This document shows positions 10,258 through 18,737 of a stretch of 32,000 nt of DNA, one piece after another. The number at the start of each line of letters is the position of its first letter. Position 1 is the first letter of the stretch. The DNA is taken from positions 330,001 to 362,000 of the forward strand of contig NZ_CP066018.1 in assembly GCF_016127575.1 (NCBI RefSeq), read 5' to 3'. Origin of the DNA: Cupriavidus necator. Lineage in GTDB: Bacteria; Pseudomonadota; Gammaproteobacteria; Burkholderiales; Burkholderiaceae. The position numbers and the translations under genes are program-made. The notes under the pieces were generated by a model, which saw only the letters and a program-made list of their open reading frames with translations, was not told the origin of the DNA and made no database searches.

Positions 10258-11897
10258 GCCTCCGCGCTGCGCCCCTTGAGCGCGAAAAGTCCCTGCGGCC
10301 GCTTCTGGATAAACAGCACGATCAGCACCAGGACAAAGATCTTGGCCAGCACCGCGCCGTAGAAGGGCTCGATGAACTTGTTGATGATGCCCAGCCCGAA
10401 GGCGCCGACGATGGTGCCGGCCAGCTGCCCGACGCCGCCCAGCACCACCACCATGAACGAATCGATGATGTAGGCCTGGCCCAGGTCGGGGCCGACATTG
10501 CCGATCTGAGACAGCGCGCAGCCGCCCAGCCCGGCAATGCCGGCGCCAAAGGCAAAGGCGTAGCTGTCGACCTTCCAGGTGCGCACGCCGACGCAGGCCG
10601 CCATGGTGCGGTTCTGCGTGGTGGCGCGCACGAACAGCCCCAGCCGCGTGCGGTTCAGCACCGCCCACGCCACCGCCACCACCGCCAGCGCGAACAGGAT
10701 GATGACGATGCGGTTGTACGGGATCACCAGGCCCGGCATCCATTCGATGCCGCCGCTCATCCACGCCGGGTTGGCCACTTCCACGTTCTGCGCGCCGAAC
10801 AGCGTGCGCACCGCCTGCATCAGCAGCAGGCTCACGCCGAAGGTGGCCAGCAGCGTTTCCAGCGGGCGGCCGTACAGGTGGCGCAGCACCAGCCGCTCGA
10901 GCACGAAGCCCACCAGCGCGGCGGCCAGGAACGAGGCCGGCAGCGCCGCCGGCAGGTACCAGTCGAACGCACCCGGCGCGTAGGCGCGGAACAGCGACTG
11001 CACCACGTAGGTGGCATAGGCGCCGATCATCAGGAATTCACCGTGCGCCATGTTGATGACGCCGATCAGGCCATAAGTGATGGCCAGCCCGAGCGCGGCC
11101 AGCAGCAGCACGCTGCCCAGGCTCAGGCCGGCGAACAGGTTGCCGATCAGCTCGGCGCGGCGCTGGTCGCTGCGCAGCGTGTCCAGCGCCTGCTGCGCGG
11201 CCAGGCGCACGTCGGCATCGGGCTCGCGGTAGTTGCCGGCGCTGTCGCGCTCCACCAGCGGCGCCAGCTTCTGGCGGCTCTGCGGGTTGCTGTCGCTGCC
11301 GAGGATGCGGATGGCTTCAAGCCTCGCGTCATGCGCTGCGGGATCGGCCGGCTCGGCCAGCACCAGGTTGGCCCAGATCACGTCCAGGCTGGTGCGCAGT
11401 CCGGCATCGGCCTCGTTCTTGCGGGCGGCCTCGACCGCGGCGCGCGAGGCGCTCTCGGGCTGGTCGCGCAGCGTGGCGATGGCCTGCGCGCGCACCGCGA
11501 TATCGGGCGACTGCAGCAGCAGGCTGCTGGCGGCGCTGTCGACCAGCGCGCGCAGGCTGTTGTTCAGGGTCAGGGATTCGAGCTCGTCGGCTTTCACCGC
11601 GACCGGCTTGCCCGTGACAGCATCGACGGTCTTGTCGCCATCCTGGCGCACCATGCCGACCGACGGCGCATATTGCAGCGCGTCGTCCTGCAAGGCCTTC
11701 AGGATCGGGCCGGCCTGTTCCGGCGGGGCCTTGGCCAGCGCGGTCAGCGCCGCGGTCTTGGCATCGAAATCGTCTTCGGCCAGCGGCTTCAGGTCGGCCT
11801 GCGTCAGCGCCGCGGCCCACGGCGCAGCCGCCAGCAGCAGCGCCGCCAGCAGGGCGCGCAGCCATGGCAGGATGGAAACGGATAAGGGATTGCGCAT
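10254..11897 (-). CDS. urtB: urea ABC transporter permease UrtB with about 250-aa N-terminal signal-peptide-bearing helical domain
   Basis: The C-terminal ~295 aa are LivH-type permease (GLSLGSVLLLAALGLAITYG...INMAHGEF). N-terminus MRNPLSVSILPWLRALLAALLLAAAPWAAA looks like a signal peptide. ATG 11897 preferred; alternative ATG at 11948. Confidence 0.88.
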   Translation of the reverse strand: MRNPLSVSILPWLRALLAALLLAAAPWAAALTQADLKPLAEDDFDAKTAALTALAKAPPEQAGPILKALQDDALQYAPSVGMVRQDGDKTVDAVTGKPVAVKADELESLTLNNSLRALVDSAASSLLLQSPDIAVRAQAIATLRDQPESASRAAVEAARKNEADAGLRTSLDVIWANLVLAEPADPAAHDARLEAIRILGSDSNPQSRQKLAPLVERDSAGNYREPDADVRLAAQQALDTLRSDQRRAELIGNLFAGLSLGSVLLLAALGLAITYGLIGVINMAHGEFLMIGAYATYVVQSLFRAYAPGAFDWYLPAALPASFLAAALVGFVLERLVLRHLYGRPLETLLATFGVSLLLMQAVRTLFGAQNVEVANPAWMSGGIEWMPGLVIPYNRIVIILFALAVVAVAWAVLNRTRLGLFVRATTQNRTMAACVGVRTWKVDSYAFAFGAGIAGLGGCALSQIGNVGPDLGQAYIIDSFMVVVLGGVGQLAGTIVGAFGLGIINKFIEPFYGAVLAKIFVLVLIVLFIQKRPQGLFALKGRSAEA

Positions 11898-11967
11898 AGG
11901 TGCTGGCGAGTTGCGGAATAAGTGTTTGGGGAGAAGGCAGGTGTCCATGACGAAGCGAGTGCCATCT

Positions 11968-12024
11968 GGCTGGCAAGCGCCAGCCCTCTCCCCCAGCCCC
12001 TCTCCCGCAAGCGGGAGAGGGGAG
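11968..12024. repeat. REP-like element (copy 2): two tandem GCAAGC-centred palindromes
   Basis: Hairpin GGCTGGC-AAGC-GCCAGCC (11968-11985), followed by the same 28-mer as at 2774-2801 (11997-12024). Located in the 151-nt urtA-urtB gap. Confidence 0.85.
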
Positions 12025-12048
12025 CCAACCGGCAGCGGGTGGCCCGGC

Positions 12049-13305
12049 TTACATCACCTTGTCCGGCTTGCCTTCGTTACCCGCGATGAACGGGCTCCAC
12101 GGCTGCGCGCGCACCGCCTTCGGCGTCTTCCACACCACCGAGAACTGGCCGTCGCCCTTCACTTCGCCGATCATCACCGGCTTGTACAAATGGTGGTTCT
12201 CGCCCATGGTCAGCGTGAAGCCGTCCGGTGCCTTGAAGGTCTGGCCGTACATGGCGGCGCGCACCTTGTTGGTATCGGTGGTGCCAGCCTTCTTCACGGC
12301 CTGCGCCCACATATGGATGCCCACGTAGGTGGCTTCCATCGGGTCGTTGGTCACACGCTTGTCGCCGCCGGGCAGGTTGTTGGCCTTGACCCATGCCGCC
12401 CACTGCTTGCGAAAGGCGTCGTTCTCGGGGTTCTTGACCGACATGAAGTAGTTCCATGCGGCCAGGTGGCCCACCAGTGGCTTGGTATCGATGCCGCGCA
12501 GTTCCTCCTCACCCACCGAGAACGCCACCACCGGCACGTCCTTGGCCTTCAGCCCGGCGTTGCCAAGTTCCTTGTAGAACGGCACGTTGGAGTCGCCGTT
12601 GATGGTGGAGATCACCGCGGTCTTGCCGCCCTGCGAGAACTTCTTGATATTGGCGACGATGGTCTGGTAGTCGCTGTGGCCAAACGGGGTGTAGACCTCT
12701 TCGATGTCCTTGTCGGCCACGCCCTTGCTCTTCAGGAACGCGCGCAGGATCTTGTTGGTGGTGCGCGGGTAGACGTAGTCCGTGCCCAGCAGGAAGAAGC
12801 GCTTGGCGCCGCCGCCTTCCTTGCTCATCAGGTATTCCACCGCCGGAATGGCCTGCTGGTTGGGCGCTGCACCGGTGTAGAAGACGTTCTTCGACATCTC
12901 TTCGCCTTCATACTGCACCGGGTAGAACAGCAGCGAGTTCAGCTCTTCGTAGACCGGCAGCACGGATTTGCGCGACACCGAGGTCCAGCAGCCGAAGGTC
13001 ACCGCGACCTTGTCCTTGGTGATCAGCTGGCGCGCCTTTTCCGCGAACAGCGGCCAGTTCGAGGCGGGATCCACCACCACCGGCTCCAGCTTGCGCCCCA
13101 GCACGCCGCCGCTCTTGTTGATCTCGTCGATGGTCATCAGCGCCACGTCCTTCAGCGACGTCTCCGAAATGGCCATGGTGCCGGACAGCGAGTGCAGGAT
13201 ACCGACCTTGATCGGTTCCTTGGACTGCGCCATGGCCAGCGGGCTGGTACCGATCATTGCCGCGGCGGCTATCGCCGACAGCTTCAGCATGTCACGTCGT
13301 TGCAT
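12049..13305 (-). CDS. urtA: urea ABC transporter periplasmic substrate-binding protein UrtA
   Basis: 418 aa. LivK/amide-binding-type SBP (GILHSLSGTMAISE, TFGCWTS). Signal peptide MQRRDMLKLSAIAAAAMIGTSPLAMA with an RRxxLK motif. GGGAG SD upstream of the ATG at 13305. Confidence 0.93.
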   Translation of the reverse strand: MQRRDMLKLSAIAAAAMIGTSPLAMAQSKEPIKVGILHSLSGTMAISETSLKDVALMTIDEINKSGGVLGRKLEPVVVDPASNWPLFAEKARQLITKDKVAVTFGCWTSVSRKSVLPVYEELNSLLFYPVQYEGEEMSKNVFYTGAAPNQQAIPAVEYLMSKEGGGAKRFFLLGTDYVYPRTTNKILRAFLKSKGVADKDIEEVYTPFGHSDYQTIVANIKKFSQGGKTAVISTINGDSNVPFYKELGNAGLKAKDVPVVAFSVGEEELRGIDTKPLVGHLAAWNYFMSVKNPENDAFRKQWAAWVKANNLPGGDKRVTNDPMEATYVGIHMWAQAVKKAGTTDTNKVRAAMYGQTFKAPDGFTLTMGENHHLYKPVMIGEVKGDGQFSVVWKTPKAVRAQPWSPFIAGNEGKPDKVM

Positions 13306-13360
13306 TTGCAGCTCCCGTTTATGGTGTTAGTCAGGGACTACGCTCCCCGGGTGATGCTTC

Positions 13361-13376
13361 TGCAACTAGCGTGCCA
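13361..13376 (-). promoter_or_regulatory. sigma-54 (RpoN) -24/-12 promoter for urtA
   Basis: The minus strand reads TGGCAC-GCTAG-TTGCA, an exact match to TGGCAC-N5-TTGCW. Its 3' end lies 56 nt upstream of the urtA ATG, immediately downstream of the cyoD terminator region. Confidence 0.75.
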
Positions 13377-13466
13377 TGGAGGCAGGCCGCCTGATACCCA
13401 CCGCACCCCCGGCAGATGGCGTGCTGGCGCGGCGCGCAGGCGCTGCCGCCGCCCGCGATCGCGCAT

Positions 13467-13510
13467 CCGCACCAGAGCAGTGCGGGCGGCGCACGCACCA
13501 CTCCCGTGCA
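13467..13510. promoter_or_regulatory. two NtrC-like enhancer dyads (GCACCA-N5-GTGC)
   Basis: CCGCACCAGAGCAGTGCGG (13467-13485) and CGCACCACTCCCGTGCA (13494-13510). Both carry the GCAC-N7-GTGC core of the TGCACCA-N3-TGGTGCA consensus. They lie about 95-150 bp upstream of the sigma-54 element. A weaker third copy, GCACCAGGCGATGC, is at 13544-13557. Confidence 0.5.
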
Positions 13511-13606
13511 TCTGCGCAATTCCGTGCGGGCGGCATGCGCAAGGCACCAGGCGATGCGCGTCCCCGCACCAAGGCCGGGCACCACGCCCCAAGGCAGGCG
13601 ACGGGC

Positions 13607-13636
13607 AAAAAAAACGGGGCCCCTTGCAGGGCCCCG
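13607..13636 (-). terminator. rho-independent terminator after cyoD
   Basis: On the minus strand: CGGGGCCC-tgcaag-GGGCCCCG (8-bp GC stem, 6-nt loop) followed directly by T8. It begins 25 nt past the cyoD stop. Confidence 0.85.
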
Positions 13637-13660
13637 CTCTTGATGCCAGGACGTTGGTCC

Positions 13661-14029
13661 TTACATCACCATCATGTTGGCATTCAGGTTGTGCATGATC
13701 CACAGCGAACCCGCCACCACGATCACCAGGATCAGCGCCGTGAACAGCAGCGCGATCACGTTGCTGCGCTGCTCGGACGACGTGTCCAGGTGCAGGAAGT
13801 ACTTCAGGTGGACCAGGATCTGGACCGCGGCCATGCCGAGGATGATCCAGAGGATGGTGCCCTTGTCCATGCTGCCGTCCATCACGAGCTTGAACGGGAT
13901 CACGGTCAGGATCACGGCCAGGATGAAGCCGATTGCGTACGACTTGAAGCTGGCGTGGGTGTCATGACCCGCGTGCGAGTCGTGCGAGTCGTGGGCGCCG
14001 TGCGCCGCCGGTGCGTTGTGTTGTGCCAT
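13661..14029 (-). CDS. cyoD: cytochrome o ubiquinol oxidase subunit IV CyoD
   Basis: 122 aa, [46 protein letters not shown]... with three TM segments. The ATG overlaps the cyoC stop (ATGA). The track ORF to 14344 is over-extended. Confidence 0.9.
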   Translation of the reverse strand: MAQHNAPAAHGAHDSHDSHAGHDTHASFKSYAIGFILAVILTVIPFKLVMDGSMDKGTILWIILGMAAVQILVHLKYFLHLDTSSEQRSNVIALLFTALILVIVVAGSLWIMHNLNANMMVM

Positions 14030-14673
14030 CACAGATGTCCCATCAGGTAGACCACGGTAAACACGCCGATCCAGACCACGTCCAGGAAGTGCCAGAACAG
14101 CGACAGGCACATCAGGCGCTTGCTCAGGGTCGGGGTGATGCCCTTCTTCGACAGTTGCCACATCAGCACGATCATCCACAGCATGCCGCTGGCGACGTGC
14201 AGGCCGTGGGTGCCGACCAGCGTGAAGAACGACGACAGGAAAGCGCTGCGGCCCGGGCCGGCGCCTTCGGCGATCAGGTGATGGAATTCGTTGATTTCCA
14301 TCGCCATGAACGCCGCGCCCAGCAGGAACGTGACGCCGAGCCACACCTGCACGCGGCTCAGGCTGCGGTTCTGCAGCGAGATCATCGCCATGCCGTACGT
14401 GATCGAGGAGAACAGCAGGATGAAGGTCTCCACCAGCACATAGTTGAGCTCGAACAGCTCCTTCGCCGACGGGCCGCCTGCCAGTTCGCCGCGCAGCACG
14501 GCGAAGGCCGCGAACAGTCCGGCGAAGATGATGCAGTCGCTCATCAGGTAGATCCAGAAGCCATACACCGTATTGGCACTGGTATCGTGGTGCGCATGGT
14601 CATGGCCATGCGCGTCGGCTTTGGCCGGTGCGCCGGCCTGCGCGGGGATGCGGTCTAGGACTTGAGTCGACAT
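14029..14673 (-). CDS. cyoC: cytochrome o ubiquinol oxidase subunit III CyoC
   Basis: 214 aa, MSTQVLDR...[34 protein letters not shown]. Close to the E. coli CyoC N-terminal pattern ([14 protein letters not shown]). Confidence 0.93.
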   Translation of the reverse strand: MSTQVLDRIPAQAGAPAKADAHGHDHAHHDTSANTVYGFWIYLMSDCIIFAGLFAAFAVLRGELAGGPSAKELFELNYVLVETFILLFSSITYGMAMISLQNRSLSRVQVWLGVTFLLGAAFMAMEINEFHHLIAEGAGPGRSAFLSSFFTLVGTHGLHVASGMLWMIVLMWQLSKKGITPTLSKRLMCLSLFWHFLDVVWIGVFTVVYLMGHL

Positions 14674-14678
14674 GGTTC

Positions 14679-16652
14679 TCAGGCTTGCGAAGCAATGCGC
14701 TGCAGATGGCGCGTTTCGATCTGCTCGACCTCGGTGGCCGGCACGTAGTAGTCGATATGGTCGTCGTTGCTGCGGTGGATAAACGCCCACACCATGCCCA
14801 CCAGGCCAACGATGGCCATCCACCAGATATGCCAGGTCAGGGCAAAGCCGAACACCAGGCTGAAGGCGCCGATGATGAAGCCCGCGCCCGTGTTCTTGGG
14901 CATGTGGATCTTCTCGTAGCCTTCGGTCGGCAGCGTCTCGCCACGGGCCTTCATGTCGGAGAACGCGTCCAGGTCACGCACCACCGGGGTGTGCGCGAAG
15001 TTGTAGAACGGCGGCGGCGACGAGGTGGCCCACTCCAGGGTACGGCCGCCCCACGGGTCGCCGGTCACGTCGGCCAGCTTCTTGCGGTCGCGGATCGACA
15101 CCACGATCTGCAGCACCTGGAAGAAGATGCCCAGCGCCACGAACACCACGCCCACGACGGCCAGGTACAGCCACGGCGTCCAGGCCGGGTTGTCGGTGTG
15201 GTTCAGGCGGCGGGTCATGCCCATCAGGCCCAGCACGTACAGCGGCATGAAGGCGAAGTAGAAGCCGACCAGCCAGCACCAGAAGGCGCACTTGCCCAGG
15301 CGCTCGTTCAGCGTGAAGCCGAACGCCTTCGGCCACCAGTAGGTGATGCCGGCCAGGTAGCCGAACAGCACGCCGCCGATGATCACGTTGTGGAAGTGGG
15401 CGATCAGGAACAGGCTGTTGTGCAGCACGAAGTCAGCGGCCGGCACGGCCATCAGCACGCCGGTCATGCCGCCGATCACGAAGGTGATCATGAAGCCCAG
15501 CGTCCACAGCACCGGCGAGGTCATCTGGACCCGGCCGCGGTACATGGTGAACAGCCAGTTGAAGATCTTCACCCCGGTCGGGATGGAGATGATCATGGTG
15601 GTGATGCCGAAGAACGCGTTGACGTTGGCGCCCGAGCCCATCGTGAAGAAGTGGTGCAGCCACACGATGAACGACAGCACCATGATCGCGGCGGTGGCGT
15701 ACACCATGCCCTTGTAGCCGAACAGCTTCTTGCCCGAGAACGTGGCGATCACTTCAGAGAAGATGCCGAACGCCGGCAGGATCAGGATGTACACCTCGGG
15801 GTGGCCCCAGATCCAGATCAGGTTCACGTACATCATGGCGTTGCCGCCACCGTCGTTCGTGAAGAAGTGGGTACCGACGTAGCGGTCCAGGCCCAGCAGC
15901 GCCAGGGTCACGGTCAGCACCGGGAAAGCGGCCACGATCAGCACGTTGGTGCACAGCGCGGTCCAGGTGAACACCGGCATGCGCATCAGCGTCATGCCCG
16001 GCGCGCGCATGCGCAGGATCGTCACCAGGAAGTTCACGCCGGTCAGCAAGGTGCCCAGGCCCGAGATCTGCAAGCTCCAGAGGTAGTAGTCCACCCCCAC
16101 ACCCGGGCTGAAGTCCAGTCCCGACAGCGGCGGGTAGGCCAGCCAGCCGGTCTTGGCGAATTCACCGACGCCCAGCGAGACATTGACCAGCATGGCGCCC
16201 GACACGAACAGCCAGAACGACAGCGTGTTCAGGAACGGGAACGCCACGTCGCGCGCGCCGATCTGCAGCGGCACGACCAGATTCATCAGGCCGGTCATCA
16301 GCGGCATGGCCACGAAGAAGATCATGATCACGCCGTGGGCGGTGAAGATCTGGTCGTAATGCTCGGGCGGCAGCACGCCGGTCGCGCCATTGGTGGCGAG
16401 CGCCAGCTGGGTGCGCATCATGACCGCGTCGGCGAAGCCGCGCAGCAGCATGATCAGGGCGACCAGGCAGTACATCACGCCGATCTTCTTGTGGTCGACC
16501 GAGGTGAACCACTCGTTCCAGAGGTAGCCCCACTTCTTGAAATAGGTGATCGCGCCTAGCAGCGCGGCACCGCCCAGGGCGACGCCGGCCAGAACGACCA
16601 TGATGATCGGCTCATGAAACGGAATCGCCGACAAACTCAACTTGCCAAACAT
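14679..16652 (-). CDS. cyoB: cytochrome o ubiquinol oxidase subunit I CyoB
   Basis: [18 protein letters not shown]... start as in E. coli CyoB. Heme-copper oxidase motifs WLHHFFTMG and HFHNVIIGG. Two consecutive ATGs (16655, 16652); the GGAG spacing favours the second. Confidence 0.96.
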   Translation of the reverse strand: MFGKLSLSAIPFHEPIIMVVLAGVALGGAALLGAITYFKKWGYLWNEWFTSVDHKKIGVMYCLVALIMLLRGFADAVMMRTQLALATNGATGVLPPEHYDQIFTAHGVIMIFFVAMPLMTGLMNLVVPLQIGARDVAFPFLNTLSFWLFVSGAMLVNVSLGVGEFAKTGWLAYPPLSGLDFSPGVGVDYYLWSLQISGLGTLLTGVNFLVTILRMRAPGMTLMRMPVFTWTALCTNVLIVAAFPVLTVTLALLGLDRYVGTHFFTNDGGGNAMMYVNLIWIWGHPEVYILILPAFGIFSEVIATFSGKKLFGYKGMVYATAAIMVLSFIVWLHHFFTMGSGANVNAFFGITTMIISIPTGVKIFNWLFTMYRGRVQMTSPVLWTLGFMITFVIGGMTGVLMAVPAADFVLHNSLFLIAHFHNVIIGGVLFGYLAGITYWWPKAFGFTLNERLGKCAFWCWLVGFYFAFMPLYVLGLMGMTRRLNHTDNPAWTPWLYLAVVGVVFVALGIFFQVLQIVVSIRDRKKLADVTGDPWGGRTLEWATSSPPPFYNFAHTPVVRDLDAFSDMKARGETLPTEGYEKIHMPKNTGAGFIIGAFSLVFGFALTWHIWWMAIVGLVGMVWAFIHRSNDDHIDYYVPATEVEQIETRHLQRIASQA

Positions 16653-16660
16653 CATTGCTC

Positions 16661-17626
16661 CTAGGATTGCGCGCCCAGCGCCTTCACAGGCGTGGTCATC
16701 GACAGCTGCTCTTCACCGAGGGTGTTGCGCGACGTGCAGATCGGGCCGCCCTTGAACCCGTCGGCGGCGAGCGCCGTGCCGCTGTGGTCCATGTACTTGT
16801 GCAGGATGTTGTGGAAGAGCTTGTCTTCCACCTTGCCGTAGTACGTGACCGGCTCCTTCTCGCTGGGTTGTGCCAGCGTCTTGTAGCCTTCAACCCCCAG
16901 TTCGGTGGACGAGGCGCGAACCTTGGCGACCCACTGGTCGAACTCGTAGTTCGACATGGCGACCGCCTTGAACTTCATGCCCGAGAAGCCGCCGCCGCTG
17001 TAGTTGGCGGATACGCCGTCGTAAGAGCCGGCTTCGTTGGCGATCAGGTGGAGCTTGGTCTCCATCCCTGCCATGGCGTACACCTGGCTGCCCAGTTGCG
17101 GGATGAAGAACGAATTCATGATCGAATCCGAGGTGATCTTGAAGTTCACCGGGGTGTCGACCGGGAAGGCGATCTGGTTGACCGTGGCGATCTTCAGTTC
17201 CGGATAGATGAACAGCCACTTCCAGTTCAGCGCCACCACCTCGACGGTGACGGGCTTCTTGCTGGATTCGAGCGGCTTGTACGGGTCCAGGTCGTGCGAG
17301 GACTTCCAGGTGATGATGCCCAGCGCAATGATGATCAGGCAGGGGATCAGCCACACCACCACTTCGATCGCCGTGGAGTGCGACCAGTCCGGCTCATAGC
17401 GCGCCGAGGTATTGGACGCGCGGTACTTCCAGGCGAACACCAGCGTGAGCACGATCACCGGCAGCACCACCAGCAGCATGAGCCAGGTTGCAATCAGGAT
17501 GATGTTCTTGATGTCGACGCCGACCTGCCCTTTCGGGTCGAGCAGCGTCATGTTGCAGCCGGCGAGCAGGAGCAGGCCAAGGCAAGGCAGGAACCGCGTC
17601 CAACGCGGCAGTATGGGTTTCTTCAT
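16661..17626 (-). CDS. cyoA: cytochrome o ubiquinol oxidase subunit II CyoA (lipoprotein)
   Basis: 321 aa from [24 protein letters not shown] (lipobox). [12 protein letters not shown] replaces the CuA Cys/His site, as in quinol oxidases. The track ORF to 17863 is over-extended. Confidence 0.93.
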   Translation of the reverse strand: MKKPILPRWTRFLPCLGLLLLAGCNMTLLDPKGQVGVDIKNIILIATWLMLLVVLPVIVLTLVFAWKYRASNTSARYEPDWSHSTAIEVVVWLIPCLIIIALGIITWKSSHDLDPYKPLESSKKPVTVEVVALNWKWLFIYPELKIATVNQIAFPVDTPVNFKITSDSIMNSFFIPQLGSQVYAMAGMETKLHLIANEAGSYDGVSANYSGGGFSGMKFKAVAMSNYEFDQWVAKVRASSTELGVEGYKTLAQPSEKEPVTYYGKVEDKLFHNILHKYMDHSGTALAADGFKGGPICTSRNTLGEEQLSMTTPVKALGAQS

Positions 17627-18105
17627 GTCACGACTGGTTTGGTTACACCGCGCTTCGGGCAAAAGCGCGGCTAAACCGCCTGATGCTCGCGCAAGAGGCG
17701 TGGGGCTGAGGGAAAACCGGAAGGACGTGTCCTTAGCTGGCGTTGCGGTCGGGCGGCGGATCGAACGCCGGGGGACCATGCGGCCTTGCAACGCCATGAA
17801 CACGGAAGGACAACTGACTGCGTGCGCTGCAGGCCCTGTAGGACCTTGCCGGCGCTGCGGCACCTGGCCGAAACCGCGAACGGTCCCGGCTCAGTACGGC
17901 GGCCGGGTAGCGTTGGAATACGAGGTTTTTGCACTTCCCGACGGACTTGCCTTCATGGCAAGCGCGGTTTTCGGCCGGGGAGCGCAACACGTAAAACATC
18001 GTGGGCGCGACTGTACCGCAACGCAACATTAGGGGTAAACCCAACGGCACAGAACACACTGTTCAGCAGAACGGACAATCGACGCACAAATCCGCGAAGC
18101 AGCAT

Positions 18106-18119
18106 TTGACAGGCATCAA
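18106..18119. promoter_or_regulatory. FNR/ANR-type box candidate TTGAC-AGGC-ATCAA
   Basis: 9 of 10 match to TTGAT-N4-ATCAA. Lies in the 602-nt gap upstream of cyoA, about 480 nt from the cyoA ATG. About one such match is expected by chance per 32 kb, and about 0.1 in the intergenic fraction. Confidence 0.3.
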
Positions 18120-18228
18120 CGTCACAAATCGGTTCCTAAAAATGCAGAAAGCCGCGCATCAGGCGGCCTCCAGGGGCGCGACATGCCTGTGTGGCATATT
18201 GTCGCACCGCGTCAAAACTGCGTATCCG

Positions 18229-18705
18229 TCACCCGTAGCGGCGCGTGATCGACTCGGCGACACAGACCGGACGGTCGCTGCCTTCGCGCTCCACCGTGAC
18301 TTCCCAGGTCGACTGTGCGCCAACCAGTTCGGGCGACTTCGGCAGCGGATCGAGACGCTCGACCTTCAGCAGCTTGATGCGCGCGCGCAGCTTGCTGCCC
18401 ACCGGCACGGGTGCCGTGAAGCGCACGCGGTTCAGGCCGTAGTTAACGCCGATCTTCGACGGCATGTGCAGCGCGTTGTGCATGAACTTGGGCAGCAGCG
18501 ACAGCGTCAGGAAGCCGTGCGCGATCGGGCCGCCATAGGGCGACTCCTTCTTCGCGCGCTCCACGTCGATGTGAATCCACTGGTGGTCGCCGGTGGCATC
18601 GGCAAACTGGTTGACCTGCTGCTGGGTCACCTCGATCCAGTCGCTGACCGCGACCTCCTGGCCCTGCAGGCCTTCCAGTTCTTCCAGCGATGCGATGGTA
18701 CGCAT
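18229..18705 (-). CDS. phaJ: MaoC-like (R)-specific enoyl-CoA hydratase, PhaJ4-type single hotdog
   Basis: 158 aa. Hydratase-2-like motif FADATGDHQWIHIDVERA...GGPIAHGFLTLSLLP, resembling PhaJ4 family members. GAGGAG SD upstream of the ATG at 18705. The track ORF to 19005 is over-extended. Confidence 0.85.
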   Translation of the reverse strand: MRTIASLEELEGLQGQEVAVSDWIEVTQQQVNQFADATGDHQWIHIDVERAKKESPYGGPIAHGFLTLSLLPKFMHNALHMPSKIGVNYGLNRVRFTAPVPVGSKLRARIKLLKVERLDPLPKSPELVGAQSTWEVTVEREGSDRPVCVAESITRRYG

Positions 18706-18737
18706 GTCGATAGTCTCCTCTTGACGATAAAGTGTTC

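Noticed and set aside
13621-13631. Shared 11-mers CCTTGCAGGGC (2848-2858 and 13621-13631) and GGCCCCTTGCA (13619-13629 and 29537-29547), suggesting a hairpin family
   Set aside because: For 32 kb on both strands, hundreds of repeated 11-mers are expected by chance, and more with GC bias. Only the 28-mer REP repeat is statistically meaningful.
11233-16559. 821-aa (11233-13698) and 643-aa (14628-16559) plus-strand ORFs
   Set aside because: They are antisense to urtB/urtA and to cyoB respectively. The first also runs through the REP element, the sigma-54 promoter and the terminator, which is incompatible with a real gene.
17671-18109. Small ORFs (87, 108 and 107 aa) in the cyoA upstream region
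   Set aside because: They overlap each other on both strands, are rich in Arg/Cys/Pro, have no SD and lack the GC3 codon bias of the neighbouring genes. I treat the region as non-coding.
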